This document shows positions 11,460-26,034 of a DNA stretch of 64,000 nt, piece after piece (position 1 is the first letter of the stretch; every line of letters begins with the position of its first letter). The position numbers and the translations under genes are program-made. The DNA is taken from positions 48,285,517 through 48,349,516 of the forward strand of contig NC_081357.1 of NCBI RefSeq assembly GCF_030684315.1, read 5' to 3'. Origin of the DNA: Stegostoma tigrinum (taxonomy: Eukaryota). The notes beneath the pieces are model-generated. The model searched no databases. It saw nothing but the letters and a program-made list of their open reading frames with translations, and was not told the origin of the DNA.

Positions 11460-12790
11460 GAAACAAAAAAAAAGAGATCACAGCGGGTCAGATAGCATCC
11501 ATAGAGAGCAAACTAACAGTCGAGTCTAGATGAGTCTTCTTTAGGGCTGAAGTGAAGTGTGAGAACAGTGATTTGTCTAACTTCCAGAAAAGACTGCCCA
11601 GCTGGGGTGGGGCAAGGGGAGAAAGGGTACGTTACATTCTCTATCACCAATGAAAGCTAAAGAAAGGCAAGGAATGGGTTCACAAGTTGCAGGCGTTGAA
11701 CTCAATATTGATCCCAGAAGGTTATAACGTGCCTCATCTCAGGAGATGTTGCTCCTCCAGTTTGGACTGTGATTCACTGGAGCTTTGCAGCATGCTGAGG
11801 TCAGACAAGTGGGCATGCGAGCAGGTCGCTATGTTAAAACAACCAGCTACAGGAAGGTCAGGGTCATGCTTGTGCACAGACCATAAGCAGTCACCCACTG
11901 TGTTTGGTACACAAGATTGGAGAGGTACAGGTGAAATGCTGCTTCACTGGAAAGACTGTTTAGGCCGGTGGACGACAAGCTGGGAGGTGATGGGCAGGTG
12001 TTGCACCTTCTGCTGTTAGATAGAAAGGTGCAAGGGGAAAGGGTGAGGGCAGTGGGGTTTGTGGTCAAGGAATGGACTAGGGTGTCCCAGAAGGAATGAG
12101 CCCTGCAAAAGGGAAATGGGGTAGTAAGGGGAGATAGTGTTTGGTGGTGGCATTTTGGGGTTGTCTGAAATGGGAGAGGATGATCCTTGGAATGTAGAGG
12201 CTGGTGGGATGAACAAGTGAGAACAAGGAGGACCCAATCACATTGTTGAGAATGATGGGAAGGGGCAAGGGTGGAAGCACGGGTATTAGGTCGAATGCAG
12301 GTGAGGGCCCTGTCAACCAGAGTGGGTGCGAAACCACAGTTATGGAAGGAGGAATCCAGGTCAGCAGCACAGTTTTGGAAGGTGGCATCATCTGAACAGA
12401 TGCAACATAGGCTAAGCGAGTGGGAGAATGGAATGGAGTCCTTGCAGGCCACGGGATATGAAGAGCTGTAGTGAAGGTAGCTATGGGAGTCAGTAACTTT
12501 GACTTGGATGGCAGTGGACAGATTATTCCCTAAAATTGCAACAGAAAGTCAAGGAAAGGAAGGGGTGATGTGAAAGTTATAGAGGGATGGGAATTGGAGA
12601 CAAAATGAACAATTGTTCTAGGTGCAAGTGGGAGCATGAAGTGACAGTGAAACAGCCTACTTACCAAAAGCTGTGGGAAGGGGCCAGTGTAGGAGAGAAC
12701 AAGGATTGTTCAACATACCCCATAGAGAGGCAGGCATAACTAGGACCCATGTGGATGCCCATAGCCACTCCTTTGCCTTGAGAGAAGTCG
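11460..12790 (-). mobile_element. Decayed Penelope-like retroelement P4 (RT, thumb and GIY-YIG relics plus 3' terminal repeat)
   Basis: Minus-strand frames give VAMGIHMGPSYACL (RT motif B, about 12725-12770), CKDSIPFS..CICSDDATF..VDRAL, HPTSLYIPRIILSHFRQ, the SRRCNTCP Cys knuckle, FTCTSPILC/SNLVY near the GIY region and KLEEQHL. Frameshifted. A degenerate HHR-like stretch lies at about 11515-11545. Confidence 0.85.
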
Positions 12791-15389
12791 TGAACTGCAT
12801 GGCTTTTTTACCCACCTGGTACAGGCATGATAGATCAAGTGGACCAAAGTTCTATGCCACAAATTTCCGATGATTTTATGACAAGTCTGCACAGGGACAG
12901 GAGAAGGACTTATCCTTGAGGCTACGTCGGACAGTGTTCTCAGCTTCATTCCATGGTGTGTTTTTCAATTAAATGCAATCATTACTTTGTTTACTTTGCC
13001 ACCAAATTCGAAACTATGGAAATTCACAAGTACCCATTTCCTTCTTCAACTGACCCAATATTTTCCAAAACGTACAATAAGATATTGCAATATCTTGCAT
13101 CATTTAAAACTTAACATACAGAGGTACAAGCATTCTATAGAATATGTGCAACCCAGTACTGACCAATGCTAATAAATTGAAGCGGTGGATGAGAAATACT
13201 TTGAGTTTCTGGCTTCCACCTATGAAATGAGCAGTTCTCTGCAGATCAAGTAATATCAGGCAAATATAGTGTCAAACTCACTAGGCCTTCAGAACTCATT
13301 TAAATTAGAATCACATACTCAAGGATTATAGGTCAATTGTCCTCTTGTCAGATTAGTTTGTTGTTAAAGCTATGGTACAGATTGAATTTCAAAATTATAC
13401 CACAGCCTGAAGAAACAACCCTAAAACCCTAAATCAGTTGGTATCGCTGAACTGAAAAGACTTCTACATCGTAGATGTCTAAATCTAGATTTCTACTACT
13501 TTGAATGAACACATGAGGCAAAGTAACATGCTGCAGCATGCCACATACTTCTCACTGCTTCTTGTCCACAGAGCCAGAGACTTCATAAATGTGATGTCCC
13601 AGTAGCTTTAACTCAAAGAAATCACGTTTTACCAAATTTTTAATGTTAAAGCCAATCACTTCACAAATTAAGGTAGAAAAAAAAACAAAACAAGAACTAT
13701 AGATTTAAGACTGTTCTAAAAATTAATCATTTTTCACAATGATTTTGCAAGGTCATAACATTAAGAAAACATTGCATAAATATTTATTTTATTTAGAAAG
13801 TAAAACCAAATTCATGGCTCAATGTTTGTAATTAGGTGACAAGAGGTGGGGAGAATTAAAACAAAATCACGAACAATGACATCCCAAAAAGCAAACGCTG
13901 ATGTTACCAAAAAGATGTGGTTACTTACAAACATAACGAGTTATCCAAAGTGTTCTTAATAAAAGCTCTAGGGTGTAGCTTATTACTCAATTCATGGTAT
14001 TAAAAAGCAAATCATTAATGACTTAGGGCAATACCAATATCAAAATTTTATTTGTCCATTTGCAAACTACTTGATTTAAGAACAGCCCCGATTGTAATCC
14101 TGAATGGGCCAAAACCATTAGCTAAAATGTAGAGTTAAATTCTAAAAAGACAACCTTAGTTTGGAGTGAACTAAGCTGCCCTTACAGATGGTTGATTTCT
14201 TGACGACAGGTCAGTGAACAAGCTTTCACTAAATTAATACAGCTTGAATGTTCAGACTGAGGAGTTTGAGAGGTTAGTATTTAATCACATGCTTGAAAAC
14301 CCTATGGTAATCCTTTGATGAATAGAAACTGAGTGCAGCCACCAGAACTCTTCACGTGGCAACACTTGAGAATCTGACTATACAAAGACCCAAAAGTTCA
14401 CATAACTGAAAACTGCTAATATTCACATTATGTCTTAGTCCCAACTGATTCAACTACAAGAAACAGCACCATTGAAGGGTAAATGGTGTAATCAATTCCT
14501 ATCTTGATGTTATGGCAGAAACAAAAATTAGCTTAGCCCAGGGAAGGGAAAGAAAAACAAACAAGGTTTATTTTAAAGTCAATTATTTTACTAAACCTAA
14601 AATATGTTAGCCACATAAATTACAACATGATAAACTCAAAAACAAAGTTAAAACATTGCACAACTCTCACATCAGCACTGATAACCAGATGCAATAAATT
14701 ACTTCAAGGGACTGCTAATGTACTAGTGATATATCAATCACTTCATCACATTAACAACAACATGAAGCATGCCTACCTCTGAGCCAAGAGGTCAGCTTTC
14801 AAATCCCACTTGCTCCATTTTTGAACAAGCTGATTAGGAAAATATCTGCAAGACCATCAGTATCTAGTGACTCTTGATCAAAATTAATAAGAAGCTCAAC
14901 AATATAACAAATAGCTCTTGGCCCTGTGGTAGTGCCCCTACCTCTGGGCCAGAAGATCCAGGTTCAAATGTAATTTGTTTAGGTGGTGCATCCTATCCTG
15001 CTGGAACAGGTTAAATAAAAATGGCTACAAGATATCCAGGTGTAGTTCAATTCCATCATAATATTTTGCAATTCTGCAATATGTTGGCCTTTAAGATGGA
15101 AATAAACTGGATCCCTCCCAATTCATCACATGGCCCCAGACTCAAAACTGAGGCGGTTAGGCAAATGGGAGATCAGCCTCTGAATGACACATGTACAAAC
15201 TGATTGCATAAACAGAACAGTAAGGCAATGCTTCAACTTTAAATTTTGAAATGTTTTTGTCTGCTCTAAGTACTACCTCATTTGTTCTAAATCAGGCTTC
15301 TGACTTCTGGAACAGCCTTAAATTTTATTTGACAATGTGAACTTTACTGCAGTGAATGGTGCAGTTTAGCTCAATTTATACACCCGTTT

Positions 15390-15610
15390 CAGGTCCCTGC
15401 TCAACCTTTTCTGCTCCGAAGAAAATAACCCAAGCTCACCCAGACGCTCTTCACAGCTGAAACGCTCCATCCCAGGCAACATCCTTGCCAACCTCCTTTG
15501 CACTCCTTCCTGTGCAGTCACATGATTCCTACAGTGTGGTGACCAGAACTGCAGGCAATACTCAGCTGTAGCCTAACCCAAGTCATGTATTGTCTCAATG
15601 TGACTACCCT
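15390..15610 (-). mobile_element. CR1 LINE fragment
   Basis: gtggtgaccagaactgcaggcaatactc is the reverse complement of an EYCxQFWSP segment. Confidence 0.7.
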
Positions 15611-15614
15611 GATC

Positions 15615-16540
15615 CCTGGTCCACTGTTTATCATTTATATAAAAGTGAGTTGGAGGAGAATATAGGAAGCATGGTTAGTAAGTTTGAGGAAGTAGGTGGT
15701 GTAGCGGACAGTGACAAAATTATTTCAGGGTACAACAGGACCTTGATTAGTTAGATCAACGTGTCAAGGAGTAGCTGGAGTTTCATTTAGATAAATGTGA
15801 GTTGGTGTATGTGGTAAGGCTCTGGGAAGTGGCGTTGAACAGACACCTGCGGTGCAGGTACATCGTTCCTTTAACGTTGCATCACAGGTAGACAGGGTGG
15901 TGAAGGTGGCATTTTCTGTAGTTGCCTTCATTGGTCAGTGCGTGGAGTACAGGAGTTGGGATGTCACGCTGTGGCTATACAGAACATTGGCGACACCACT
16001 TTTGAAGTTCTATATACAGTTCTGGTCACTCTGCCTTTGAAAGGACTTTATTAAATTGGAGAGGGTTCAGAAAAAATTCACAAGGATTTACTGGGACGGG
16101 AGGGTTGGAGTTACAAGGAGAGATTGTATAGGCTGGGACTTTTTGACCCTTTGCAGTGTGGATTGAGGGGTAAACTTAGAGGTTTCTAAAATCAAAAAAA
16201 AAAGGGGCATAGGTAAGGTGAACAACAAAAGGTATTTTCCATAGAGTAGGGGAATTCAAAACTAAGGTGAGGGGAAAGATTTAAAAAGGGCGGGGGGGGG
16301 GGGGGGGGGGGCAGCAACTTTTCCACCGAAGGTGGTGATTATATGGAACAAGCCGCCAGAGGAAAATAGTAGAAGAAGTAGTACAGTTACAACATTTCAA
16401 AAGCCATTTGGGCAGGTACTTGACTACAAAATGTTTAGAGGGATTTGGGCCAAACACAGGCAAATAGGACTAGTTTGCTTTGGGAAACCTGGTCAGCTTG
16501 AATGATTTGGACGAAAAGATCCGTATGGCTCTGACTGTCT
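15615..16540 (+). mobile_element. CR1/HER1 LINE, 5'-truncated (C-terminal RT and 3' UTR)
   Basis: ORF 15852-16040 QVDRVVKVAFSVVAFIGQCVEYRSWDVTLWLYRTL..QFWS, with 3' tail gtatggctctgactgtct. Confidence 0.85.
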
Positions 16541-19500
16541 ACAACAGGGCGATTAGAAAATCAGCCATTTTCCTCAGTTGAAGGGTCAATACAAGGGCAA
16601 CAATTTTATAGCAAAAGGCAGGACATTTAGAAAAGATTGGAGGGAAACCTTCACAGCCAGAGGGTGGAGGAGGTCTGGAATGCACTGCCCAAGGGACAGT
16701 AGTCGAGATGGGAAACCTCAACCTTTGAAAAGAACTTACTGGTTCCAGAGACCCACCGCTCAAAACCCTGGTTCCACTCTTTTGATGGCACGAGAAAGGA
16801 CTCAAACTGCCAAGGTGGCTGTTTTGGGGGCATATTGAACAGTAGAGGAACAGACTGGATTTCACCAACATGGCATGCATGGTGTGTGGCACCAGGTATC
16901 TAAGCTGCAGCCTTTGTGGTGGTGGTTCGGTCTGACCATCTGCCTTTTTTCCTGGTTACTCTAGCTATCAGTGCTTCAGGGGCTGCAATTCATCACCAGC
17001 ACCTCACCCGTCATTTTTTCAAACTTCAAGTTTCCTTCAACATCTTGTTAGTGTCCCTTTGATGCTCCATTAATTTGTTCATTGGTTTTTCATTTACTTA
17101 GGGCAGTGTTCTACTAAGAGTGAAATTGAGGAGTAAATCCCAGTTTCTGCTGTTCCTTTAGCCCCTTTAGAATTGTAAAGTGTCAAAATGTTCTTTCATA
17201 ACTCTATGCTCTGAATCTCATCTGTAAATGAGTCCATCCATTCTGGTTTATCAACTGCCACTCCATCCATATCCTAAGATGGATGGGATTTTTTTCCAGA
17301 TCCATCTGGCTGCAAATGGCTTCAGTATGTATTGTTTTGCTGGGCTGGGGAGATAAGGCATAGCAGTATTGTCTGCAGAGAACTCTTTGCACCAGATCCA
17401 GATTTTAGCAGCAGCGAGCAGCAAATAAAATGCATCCCCATCCTCAGACATACCTTGGTGACCCCCAAAGGCACAAAAGTGTATCATACCCACTACGGGA
17501 GAGGACATTGTTGACATAGTTACAACTCTGCAGTCTGGTTCATTAGATAACCCCAATATCACTGACCAACCTCGAGACAGATTTGCTTAGTTAGAGGAAA
17601 TTGTCTCTGTCAGTCACCTGGGAAGTCGACATTCTGCATTTCCTGACAGGCCTAAAGGAGACAATGCTCTGACTTCTTGGCCTTCTCTTTACCCAAAAAG
17701 ACTGAAGCATTTGCAGTGTTAAAGCCTTCCACAGTGACTATTCAATTGATGGAGAGGGATTTTAGACAAAGAGAAAGCAAATATTGTGTCAAGTTCCTCC
17801 TGACAGTGCATTCAAAACACTTTTAAAAACACTTCCAAATTGGGTCATGAGGCTATTTTTCCCTAGAAGTGTTAGAGGCTCTGTCTCCATTCAAGAGCTG
17901 GCTCTTTGCAAACTCATTGTTGCTGTATCCAACACCCTTTGCTTCCTAAAATTTTCCTTATGAAATTTCAAGATATGTCTAGCTAATTATATAATAAAAT
18001 ATCAATTTGAAAATATATATCTATTACATTTTTTTTAACCATAAAGAATACAACACTCTGCTACAGATCCCTTAGGAACGCCACTGCATACTTCCTTATA
18101 GCCTGAAAGGTAACCATTTTTCATACTTCCAAGATTTTTTAAAAATCTAGCTCATTGTATAATTTGAAGTCTGGAGCTTTGAAATGACAAACAGACTAGG
18201 CTAAATCACAATGCTGAAATGTAGAACATGTGCACGTACTACGATCCATATGTCAATACACCTTTCTTCTGGAGGAGAAAGCGCTTTTCATTCAGGTAAA
18301 TCTAGCAATCAAAAAATCCTATTAACAAGCTATGACATATGGACTATAAATATATACAAGCAAAAGAGAAAAATAGCTATTTAAAGGAAAACAGTCTTGC
18401 AACTATGTTGTATTTTTCAAGACTACTGGACATCAAGGCCAATTTACAGCCAAAGAATTCTTTTTTCGTAATGTATTCACTGTTGCAATGGGAAAAATGC
18501 TGCAGACAACTGCACTCCGCATGCTCCAAACAGCAATGTGGAATGCTTTATAAATGAACAATTCCTGAATGCAATATCATTTTACATAAACATAAGTAAC
18601 CAAAGGGCAAAATCAACACTACTTCAAAATCTTTCCAGCAAAATCCAACACTGACTACAATAACTGTAAATGAAAGGACAGGAAATAAAAGAGGGGAGAG
18701 AGAGAAGGAAATTACTGTTTTAATGCTTCCACACCTATTTCCATGGTATTCATGCATTTCAAAGTCAGATTACTGTCTGGAAAAAATATAGAAACCAAAG
18801 TCAGTCATTAATAACCCTGCTTCAATCACCACAACTGTTGAGATGTCTGTTTTTTTTAAAAAAAGGAAGTATTGCCTTATTTTACACAGATTTAAAGAAC
18901 ATAGCAGAAGCAGAGCACTCTACTTTTGTCTCAGCTATGTTTAAACTGTTCAGAATGCTGCATGCCACCAGTTACTTAAAGTTTGTTATTCCTTTCAGAA
19001 TCCCACATTACAAATTGGGCCCAAGTTAGCTAAGGTAGTTCTAATCAACGCTGGCAGCAATCTTCCAAAGTATTTTCTTCTCATTTTGACAACAAGATCT
19101 TTCTTGTTTGGCAAACTGGTAAACAAAGCAATAATTAGTTTGAATGCTCCTGTTACACCCACCAAGTCAAGCCAGCTGTTATGTTTAAACGAGAGGGGAC
19201 TGAAAAATGACAACATTTTCTTCTGGTATCTGCACACGTCATCTTGTCTAATGAAAAGAGAAAACTGAAATTATTTAATGACTTGCAACCAAGAATTTAT
19301 TGTGGAGAAAAATCTGACCTAGATTAATAACAAGCTAGAAAATAACTTTTCACTATGGCCAACATTCCTGTATATCTGCACAATGACACATTCATACAGG
19401 GTATACTTTGACCAGTCAATTTACGTGAATTGCACTGTTTAACAATGTCCCAAGGAGGTAGATTCTTGCTCATCTGTGTATAATTACACAAATTTTAAAA

Positions 19501-21179
19501 ATATTGAAATAATTTTTGAAATTGCTCATTAGGCCAGCAGATCCACTGGGATAGTGATGGTCTGTTAACATTCATCCATTTAGTGAGATGCATGGAATAT
19601 AATAATATGGTGCTGTTGCTTGTTTGAACAATAACTCTTGTTTACTGGCAGTAAGCATCGAAATTTTAACTAGCCAACATGTCTTAAAAATAGCCTCAAC
19701 CTCTTAACAGGAAATGTAATGTAATGTAATGTTCCATGTTAGCAGTCATGAAGAAAGCAAATCTGGTTTGGGAAACAGCAAATTGTGTGGCACTACGTGG
19801 GAAAACACACAAGGACCCCTTTTTTTCTGCTTTTTATCTCATCCCAGCCTGCATTCGCTCACCACAGACCAAAGTAGTGCAATGCACAGTACAGTTGGGT
19901 CTCTTGCAAGTCAACTTGCAATTTACTACAATAGAAAGTCAGCAACATGCCAGTCACTGAGGTACATAACATCACATCGGTGTGGTGGAGAGAGCAAAGC
20001 ACACAGAAGACAAATTCAAAGGGTGAGGAATATTGAATGCTTCGTTGGATAGAGTTGGCTTGCACTGCTTTTTTTTTAAAAAGTGCATTTTAGACAGTAA
20101 AAACACTGCTCAAGAACACAGGTCTGTTCATTCACATTAACGTCATTCCAGTTCTCAATACACATGTTGCCCACTGTGCATCAGTGGTGCACCAATGTAA
20201 TGGGCTTGCTTATTATGAGTTTGAGCCCCACAGCCATTCACTTGTCTATCATGGTGACTGAAATATTATTCGTACATTGTAACTGTGCAGTATAAGGCAT
20301 CATGGCTGTTGCTATCAGACATTGGCAAGTGCACTGCACCATATAACAGTTCTATTGCACCTGGAGCTTGGGGAGCCTTTTTCATTTGGGGGTAACTGAA
20401 TTTCTACACAGTTTCTTCAAAGTACCTCAAATGTGCTGTCAATGACACCCTGCACTACAATATTGAACCCAGCGAAACCAAGTGCTCAAGCCACCCCTTG
20501 GGAATATATTGCAATCATCTCTTTGGCCACAGTGAAACTTTTACCTCCCCTTTTTCACTGTATGCAATTCATTGTTAGATGTTAGCGATGTCCCCTCTAG
20601 CCTAGAAGAACTGATGTCAAGAAAACCATTATAAAAGTCTTTCTGCCTTTGTTAATGCTGCCTTTCTCCTACTTTGAGGCTGCAGGCCTGTCTGCAGGTG
20701 AGGTGGAGCCTCGTGACTGGAAGCAAGTAGTCCGAGCAAACCACAAAGTGAGAATCAAGCCCTTTCCTTTTGCTGAACAGATACCAGACTGTAGGTGATT
20801 AACACAGAGCATGAACTGAAGCAACATATATGAAAACTGCACCGTAAAAAGTCAGATCTGTTTTACTAGCTGATTTCACAAGCAGTCGTTTCTGTTTTGA
20901 GTGTAAATTGACAGCATCCATGCTCACAGTGATTACGTGCTTATGATTCTGGACAAGTTACCAAGAGATCCAAAGGCTGAAACTGGATAGCTTGAAACAG
21001 CAAGAACTGGAACATTGCACTTTTCAAGACTGATTGTTCTGGTAAATGAACGGTCAATGATTAAATAATGTAATACATGGACTTGAATTAGTAAAGAATA
21101 CATCAGGAATTACAGATTTCAACAAAACATTGTCAAATCTATCATTACGATCAAGGATGCAAAAGCAGTCTTGTTCCTT

Positions 21180-22125
21180 TAATCATGAGATTTAAGCATC
21201 AATGGCTGAGCCAATGTTTATTACCCTTGAGAAGGTCATGATGAGCTACCTTCCTGAACCTCCGCAGTCTAATCACACACACAAACACACACACACACAC
21301 ACAAATGAACAGTGATATTGTCAAGTCATCGAAGTTTAAATAAGAAATTGCATGTGGTGGCAGTTCACATATCTGCTGCTCTTATCTTTCTAGATAAGAA
21401 TGGTCATGTGATTTGAAGGTCATGTCTAAGAGGACTCTGAATTTCTGCACTGCATCTTATCGATAGTAGCGCCAGTGTGGTTAGTGGAGGAGTGGATGTG
21501 CTACCAATAAAGCGGGCTGCTTTGTCCTGGAAGGTGTCAACCTTGTGTTGTTGGAGCGGCATTCATCCAGGCAAGTGGGGAGTATTCCATCACACTCCTG
21601 ACTAGTACTTGTGGGCAATGGACAGGCTTTGGGAAGTCAAGAGGCGAGTTTTTAAAAATTGTCCACATTTCTTTTTAAAAATTTACTCATTAAAGGGATG
21701 TGGATGTCGTTGGGCCAGAATAGAATCCTGACCTGGCTACCGTTGAAAAAAGGTGGTGGTGAGCTGTCTTCTCAACCTGCTGCAATCTTTGTGGTATATG
21801 CATACCCACAAGGCTGTTAAAGGAGGAAGGGAGTCCCAGGATGTTGACTCTGACGTTATAAGAACAGTGATACAGTTGCAAGTCAGAATGGCACATAACT
21901 TGCAGGGGAATTCAGATGGTGGCATTCACATGTATCATTCCAGGTGATAGCAGTCACAGGTTTGTAAGGTACTGCCCTCAGGTGAGACGATGAGTTGCTA
22001 CAGTGCAACATGTAGATGGTACACATTAGCTGCAATGTGCTGGAGAGGGTTAAAATTAAAAAGGTGTCAGATAGGGTGCCATCAAGCCAACTGTTTTATC
22101 CTGGATAGTCATCTTTTCAGGTAGT
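21180..22125 (-). mobile_element. Two adjacent 3' fragments of LINE family B (CR1/L2 group)
   Basis: Recurrent signature gggatgtgg..gaaggtggtggtgagctg(c)cttc..gggctgctttgtcctgga, at 21180-21650 and 21685-22125. Confidence 0.7.
21274..21303. repeat. Interrupted (CA)n microsatellite
   Basis: cacacacacaaacacacacacacacacaca. Confidence 0.95.
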
Positions 22126-22151
22126 CAATGCTAAGAGCATGCTGGCAAGAT

Positions 22152-22510
22152 GGGGCAGGCAATAGCCTACTGGCATTAAAATCACTGGACAGTTAATCCA
22201 GAGACCCAGATAATGCTCTGGGGGGCCCAGTTCTAATCCTGCTATGGCAGATGGTGGAATTTGAATTCAAATTCAATAAATATCTGGAATTAAGAATCTA
22301 ATGATAACCATGAATCCATCGTTGATTGTTGGAAAAACCCATCTGGTTCACTCATGGCCTTTAGGGAACTGCTATCCTTACCTGGTCTGGCCTACATGTG
22401 ACTCAAGACCCACAGCAGTGTGGTTGATTCTTAATTGCCCTCTGGGCAAAAGGGATGGGTAATAAATGCTACCTAGCCAGTGATGCCCTAATTCCCATGT
22501 AGGAACTCAA
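22152..22510 (+). mobile_element. tRNA-derived SINE sharing its 3' tail with LINE family B
   Basis: tRNA-like head, core aaaaacccatctggttcactc..cctggtctggcctacatgtgactc..gacccacagc, tail gggatgggtaataaatgct..cccatg. Partial copies at about 40350-40510 and 60670-60875. Confidence 0.75.
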
Positions 22511-23327
22511 AAAATTTATATTACTAGAAAAATATCCAACCCAAACGTACACCAGAAATAATCTTAGGGGCAGAAAGTACCGATTGTAATCCTAGAGGAT
22601 CAGTGTGATATTAAACTCTTAACAGCATGAAGGAGAGCAAGGTGATTGAGAGAGTCAGAATTATTCAAATATATGATCTCAGCTCAATTCTCAGAATTCT
22701 GCTAGCCCACGTCAATCTAAAGAGGAGACAGTATTAAAAAATGCTTAGCTGAATTCAGCCTCAAAATTCCCACATCCTGACTAACACATTGTTACAATGA
22801 ACGGGACTATAATGTACTAACAGGTTACAGTTTTAGGCATCTCAATATCTCAAAGGCTTAAAACATTGAAGCAATCCATTAAAGCAATCCATGCAGATAA
22901 GATAGCAAAGGAATTGCCACTTCAGTTCTATTTTCATTTGCATCCAAACGTGAGCTAGACTTTAATCTCATATTCTGAGGCAGAGAAAAGCCAAGTATCC
23001 AACATCCAGACGCAATGAGAGCAGCTGCCAGCCTCAACCTATTATCATGAAGAGGGAGCGGGGGAGAAATATTGGAGTAGATTGCCAATTCTTTTAGGCC
23101 TTTAAATTGACAATGTTTTACATAACAGGAGGATTTTTTTTTATTTGCCCATCTGGCACCATCTTCAGTTCATGGGGTCTTTCCAATTCAGCATAGGCTG
23201 GCATGTTGAGCTCCCAGTTAGACGAACAACTACAACCTTCCTTCTATCTGTCAATTACACCAGCATCTGGGACCTGGAGGAGTGTAAGTTTCTTATCTGC
23301 ACTTTGATCTCTCCTATACTCAACAGT

Positions 23328-23570
23328 TCTTCAGCCAGAGAGTGGTGGGCTTGTGGAATTCATTACCACGGAGTGCAGTGGAGGCTGGGATGTTGGATGC
23401 CTTCAAAGCAGAGATTGACATATTCTTGATCTCAGAAGGAATCAAGGGCTACGGGGAGAGTGCAGGGAAGCGGAGTTGAAATGCCCATCAGCCATGATTT
23501 AAATGGCAGTGCGGACTTGATGGGCCGAATGGCCTTACTTCCACTCCTATGTCTTATGGTCTTATGGTCT
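23328..23570 (+). mobile_element. CR1 LINE 3' end (young)
   Basis: ttcttcagccagagagtggtggg..gatgggccgaatggccttacttccactcctatgtcttatggtcttatggtct, ending in the tandem octamer tail. Confidence 0.85.
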
Positions 23571-24168
23571 GTACTCAATATTTCCACGTTCTTGCTGCTC
23601 TCCTATTTTTTGTACTAACATTACAACATTCAACCACCTATGTTCTACTAATTTATGCTCGACTATTATCTTGTTCTCCAACTATGGTAGCCTGTTTGCC
23701 AGCACATGCAACTTGAAATTTAAAGCCTTTCCATTGCCTCATCACATCCCAGTTCTGCAGCTCCTCTAGCTGATCATTCCTTCTCATAAGCTGCAATCTT
23801 TTGGCTGATCACATTTTTTGCTTGGCTCATACCTACAGCCAGTGCAAACTCCACACTGACTGAAAGAGGTGTTTGTATGAGACTTTGTAGTAGAGCAGTG
23901 ATCATTATCCAATAATTCAGTGCACAACATTAAGTTGGTGTTCAGCCAAGTCTAAATCTAAATACCAGAGAATGTCATTTGAAAAAAAGTATTGCCTCAG
24001 GAAAGCTATATTGCTGGAAGCTTTGCACACAAAAATGGCATTGTTACAATTTGACAGATGCTGCCCAAATCAAATATTGCACTTCGATAATCTTAATCTA
24101 ATGCACGGATTCCACAGATGATAAAATCAAAGTTAGGCAATATACTGTTGTAAAACTGTAACAGATCA

Positions 24169-24369
<201 letters not shown>

Positions 24370-25257
24370 TTAGACACAAAGCAAGATTTATACAATGATA
24401 GCAGTAGAATCATGCATCAACACAGTTAAGATACCAAAACAGACAACCCAAATTCCTATTCTCAAACTTGGAATGGAGAGTGGAGGTTAGAAGCAATGCA
24501 CGTCACTGCTGTTCATCCCATATGGGCTTTGGAAAACGTTTCTAGAAATCAGATATTTAGCAACCTATCCATACAGTTAGCTAATGGTGCTTTGGTTATT
24601 AGTCTTTAGAAGATTGATTTGGAAAAAAAAGAGAAAAAGTGTACAGGCACAGAAATTTTGCAAGGGGCTTTGACATAACTGGCAACAGAATCCATTGGTC
24701 TTAGATCAAGGTCATTGCTTCCCTTATAATTCCAGTAGCAACCAAAGGTATCAGAAGAACTTTGAGAATACCGGGGCAATGCCTGGGTGAAGCAATGTAA
24801 GTTTATTTCACAATTCTGCTCTCAGTTTCATTAAATAAGATTTGAGGTTTTTTGTTTAATTTGCAAATGGAGGTGTTGAACCATGTGGTTCAATTCCTCT
24901 GGCTCCCATCTATGCAGTTAGCACAAACTAAACTTCTCAATTCACTCACATATAAACAACGTATTTGAAGCCAGAAAAGCACAAAAAAAATTATCTTGGG
25001 ATTTGTCTCTATTACACACAGCCAGTTCTACAATTGAAACACCCTGCTTGTGTTTCAACTTCAAATCTCTTCCCTCCGATTTTTCCCGTTAACTCATGCT
25101 AGACTACAGAGGGTCAGCAGCCCTGGATTATCACACCTTAATGCCTACCTAAGCTCGCGTGAAAGTCACTGAGATTTAGCAGACTTATAGACTCATGCGC
25201 CAGTTTCACTTAACCTAACCTTAAATCTTTTGCAAACAAATTTTAAGAAGAAATTGC

Positions 25258-25595
25258 CCATGGGACGTGGGTATCATAGGCCAGATCAGCATTTGGTGCT
25301 CATTGTTAATTGCCCTGGACAAGTTGGTGAGCTGCCTTTTTGAACCACCACAATCATCACGGTACAAGGACTCTGTTCCATTTGGAAAGGAGTTCTAGGT
25401 TTTTGAGTCAGTGACAGTGATATAGTTCCAAATCAGTGTGGCATGGAGTGGGGAACATAAACTTGCTGCCCTTGATCTTCCAGCTGACTACAGCCATGGT
25501 TTGGAAGATGCTGTCAGAGAAGCCTTGGCGTCACTGCATTGTCGTGTAGATGGTACACATAGCTGCTGAGTATCACGGGTGAAGGAGATGAAAGT
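25258..25595 (-). mobile_element. LINE family B 3' fragment in the 1.7-kb ME1 intron
   Basis: catgggacgtgggtatc..ggtgagctgcctttttgaaccac..gtagatggtacaca. Confidence 0.7.
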
Positions 25596-26034
25596 TCACT
25601 AGAATGAGATCAGGAGTGGGAATCCTGAATGAGATCTTTTATGTACAGATGGAGTCTACTGTCAGCTGTCTTCATTTTGGCATTGATAGAGGAGTTAGCT
25701 CAGGCAAGAAAACAAACATTATTAGTCTCATCATTCCAGAAAATGTACCTGTCTTATACTACTCTTCTCAATTTTGTAATTTCTCACCAGCTAAACTGTA
25801 CCAAAACAGAGTGCTGGAGCACAGAATGAAGATCCAGTATCTCTCAACCAGGGCCCAATGAACAGATGAGTCACACCCGTGTGAATTTGCAGTTCATGTA
25901 TTAACAGCTGCAACTAGTGGACAGTTTGGCCTGCCTGGCCTTCAGGGCCTTGTGTGAAACGTCCTCTGGCAACCGACAAAAACAATAGCCAAAAGACACA
26001 AGGTTTGTGTAAATACACAGAAACTCAAACATAC

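Noticed and set aside
15390-16540. Adjacent opposite-orientation CR1 pieces as a twin-priming inversion
   Set aside because: Both pieces cover the same part of the RT and are divergent, so they are separate insertions.
22879-23088. RLAAALIA stretch resembling AGLLAALR of a later ME exon
   Set aside because: Chance low-complexity match; the intervening exons are absent.
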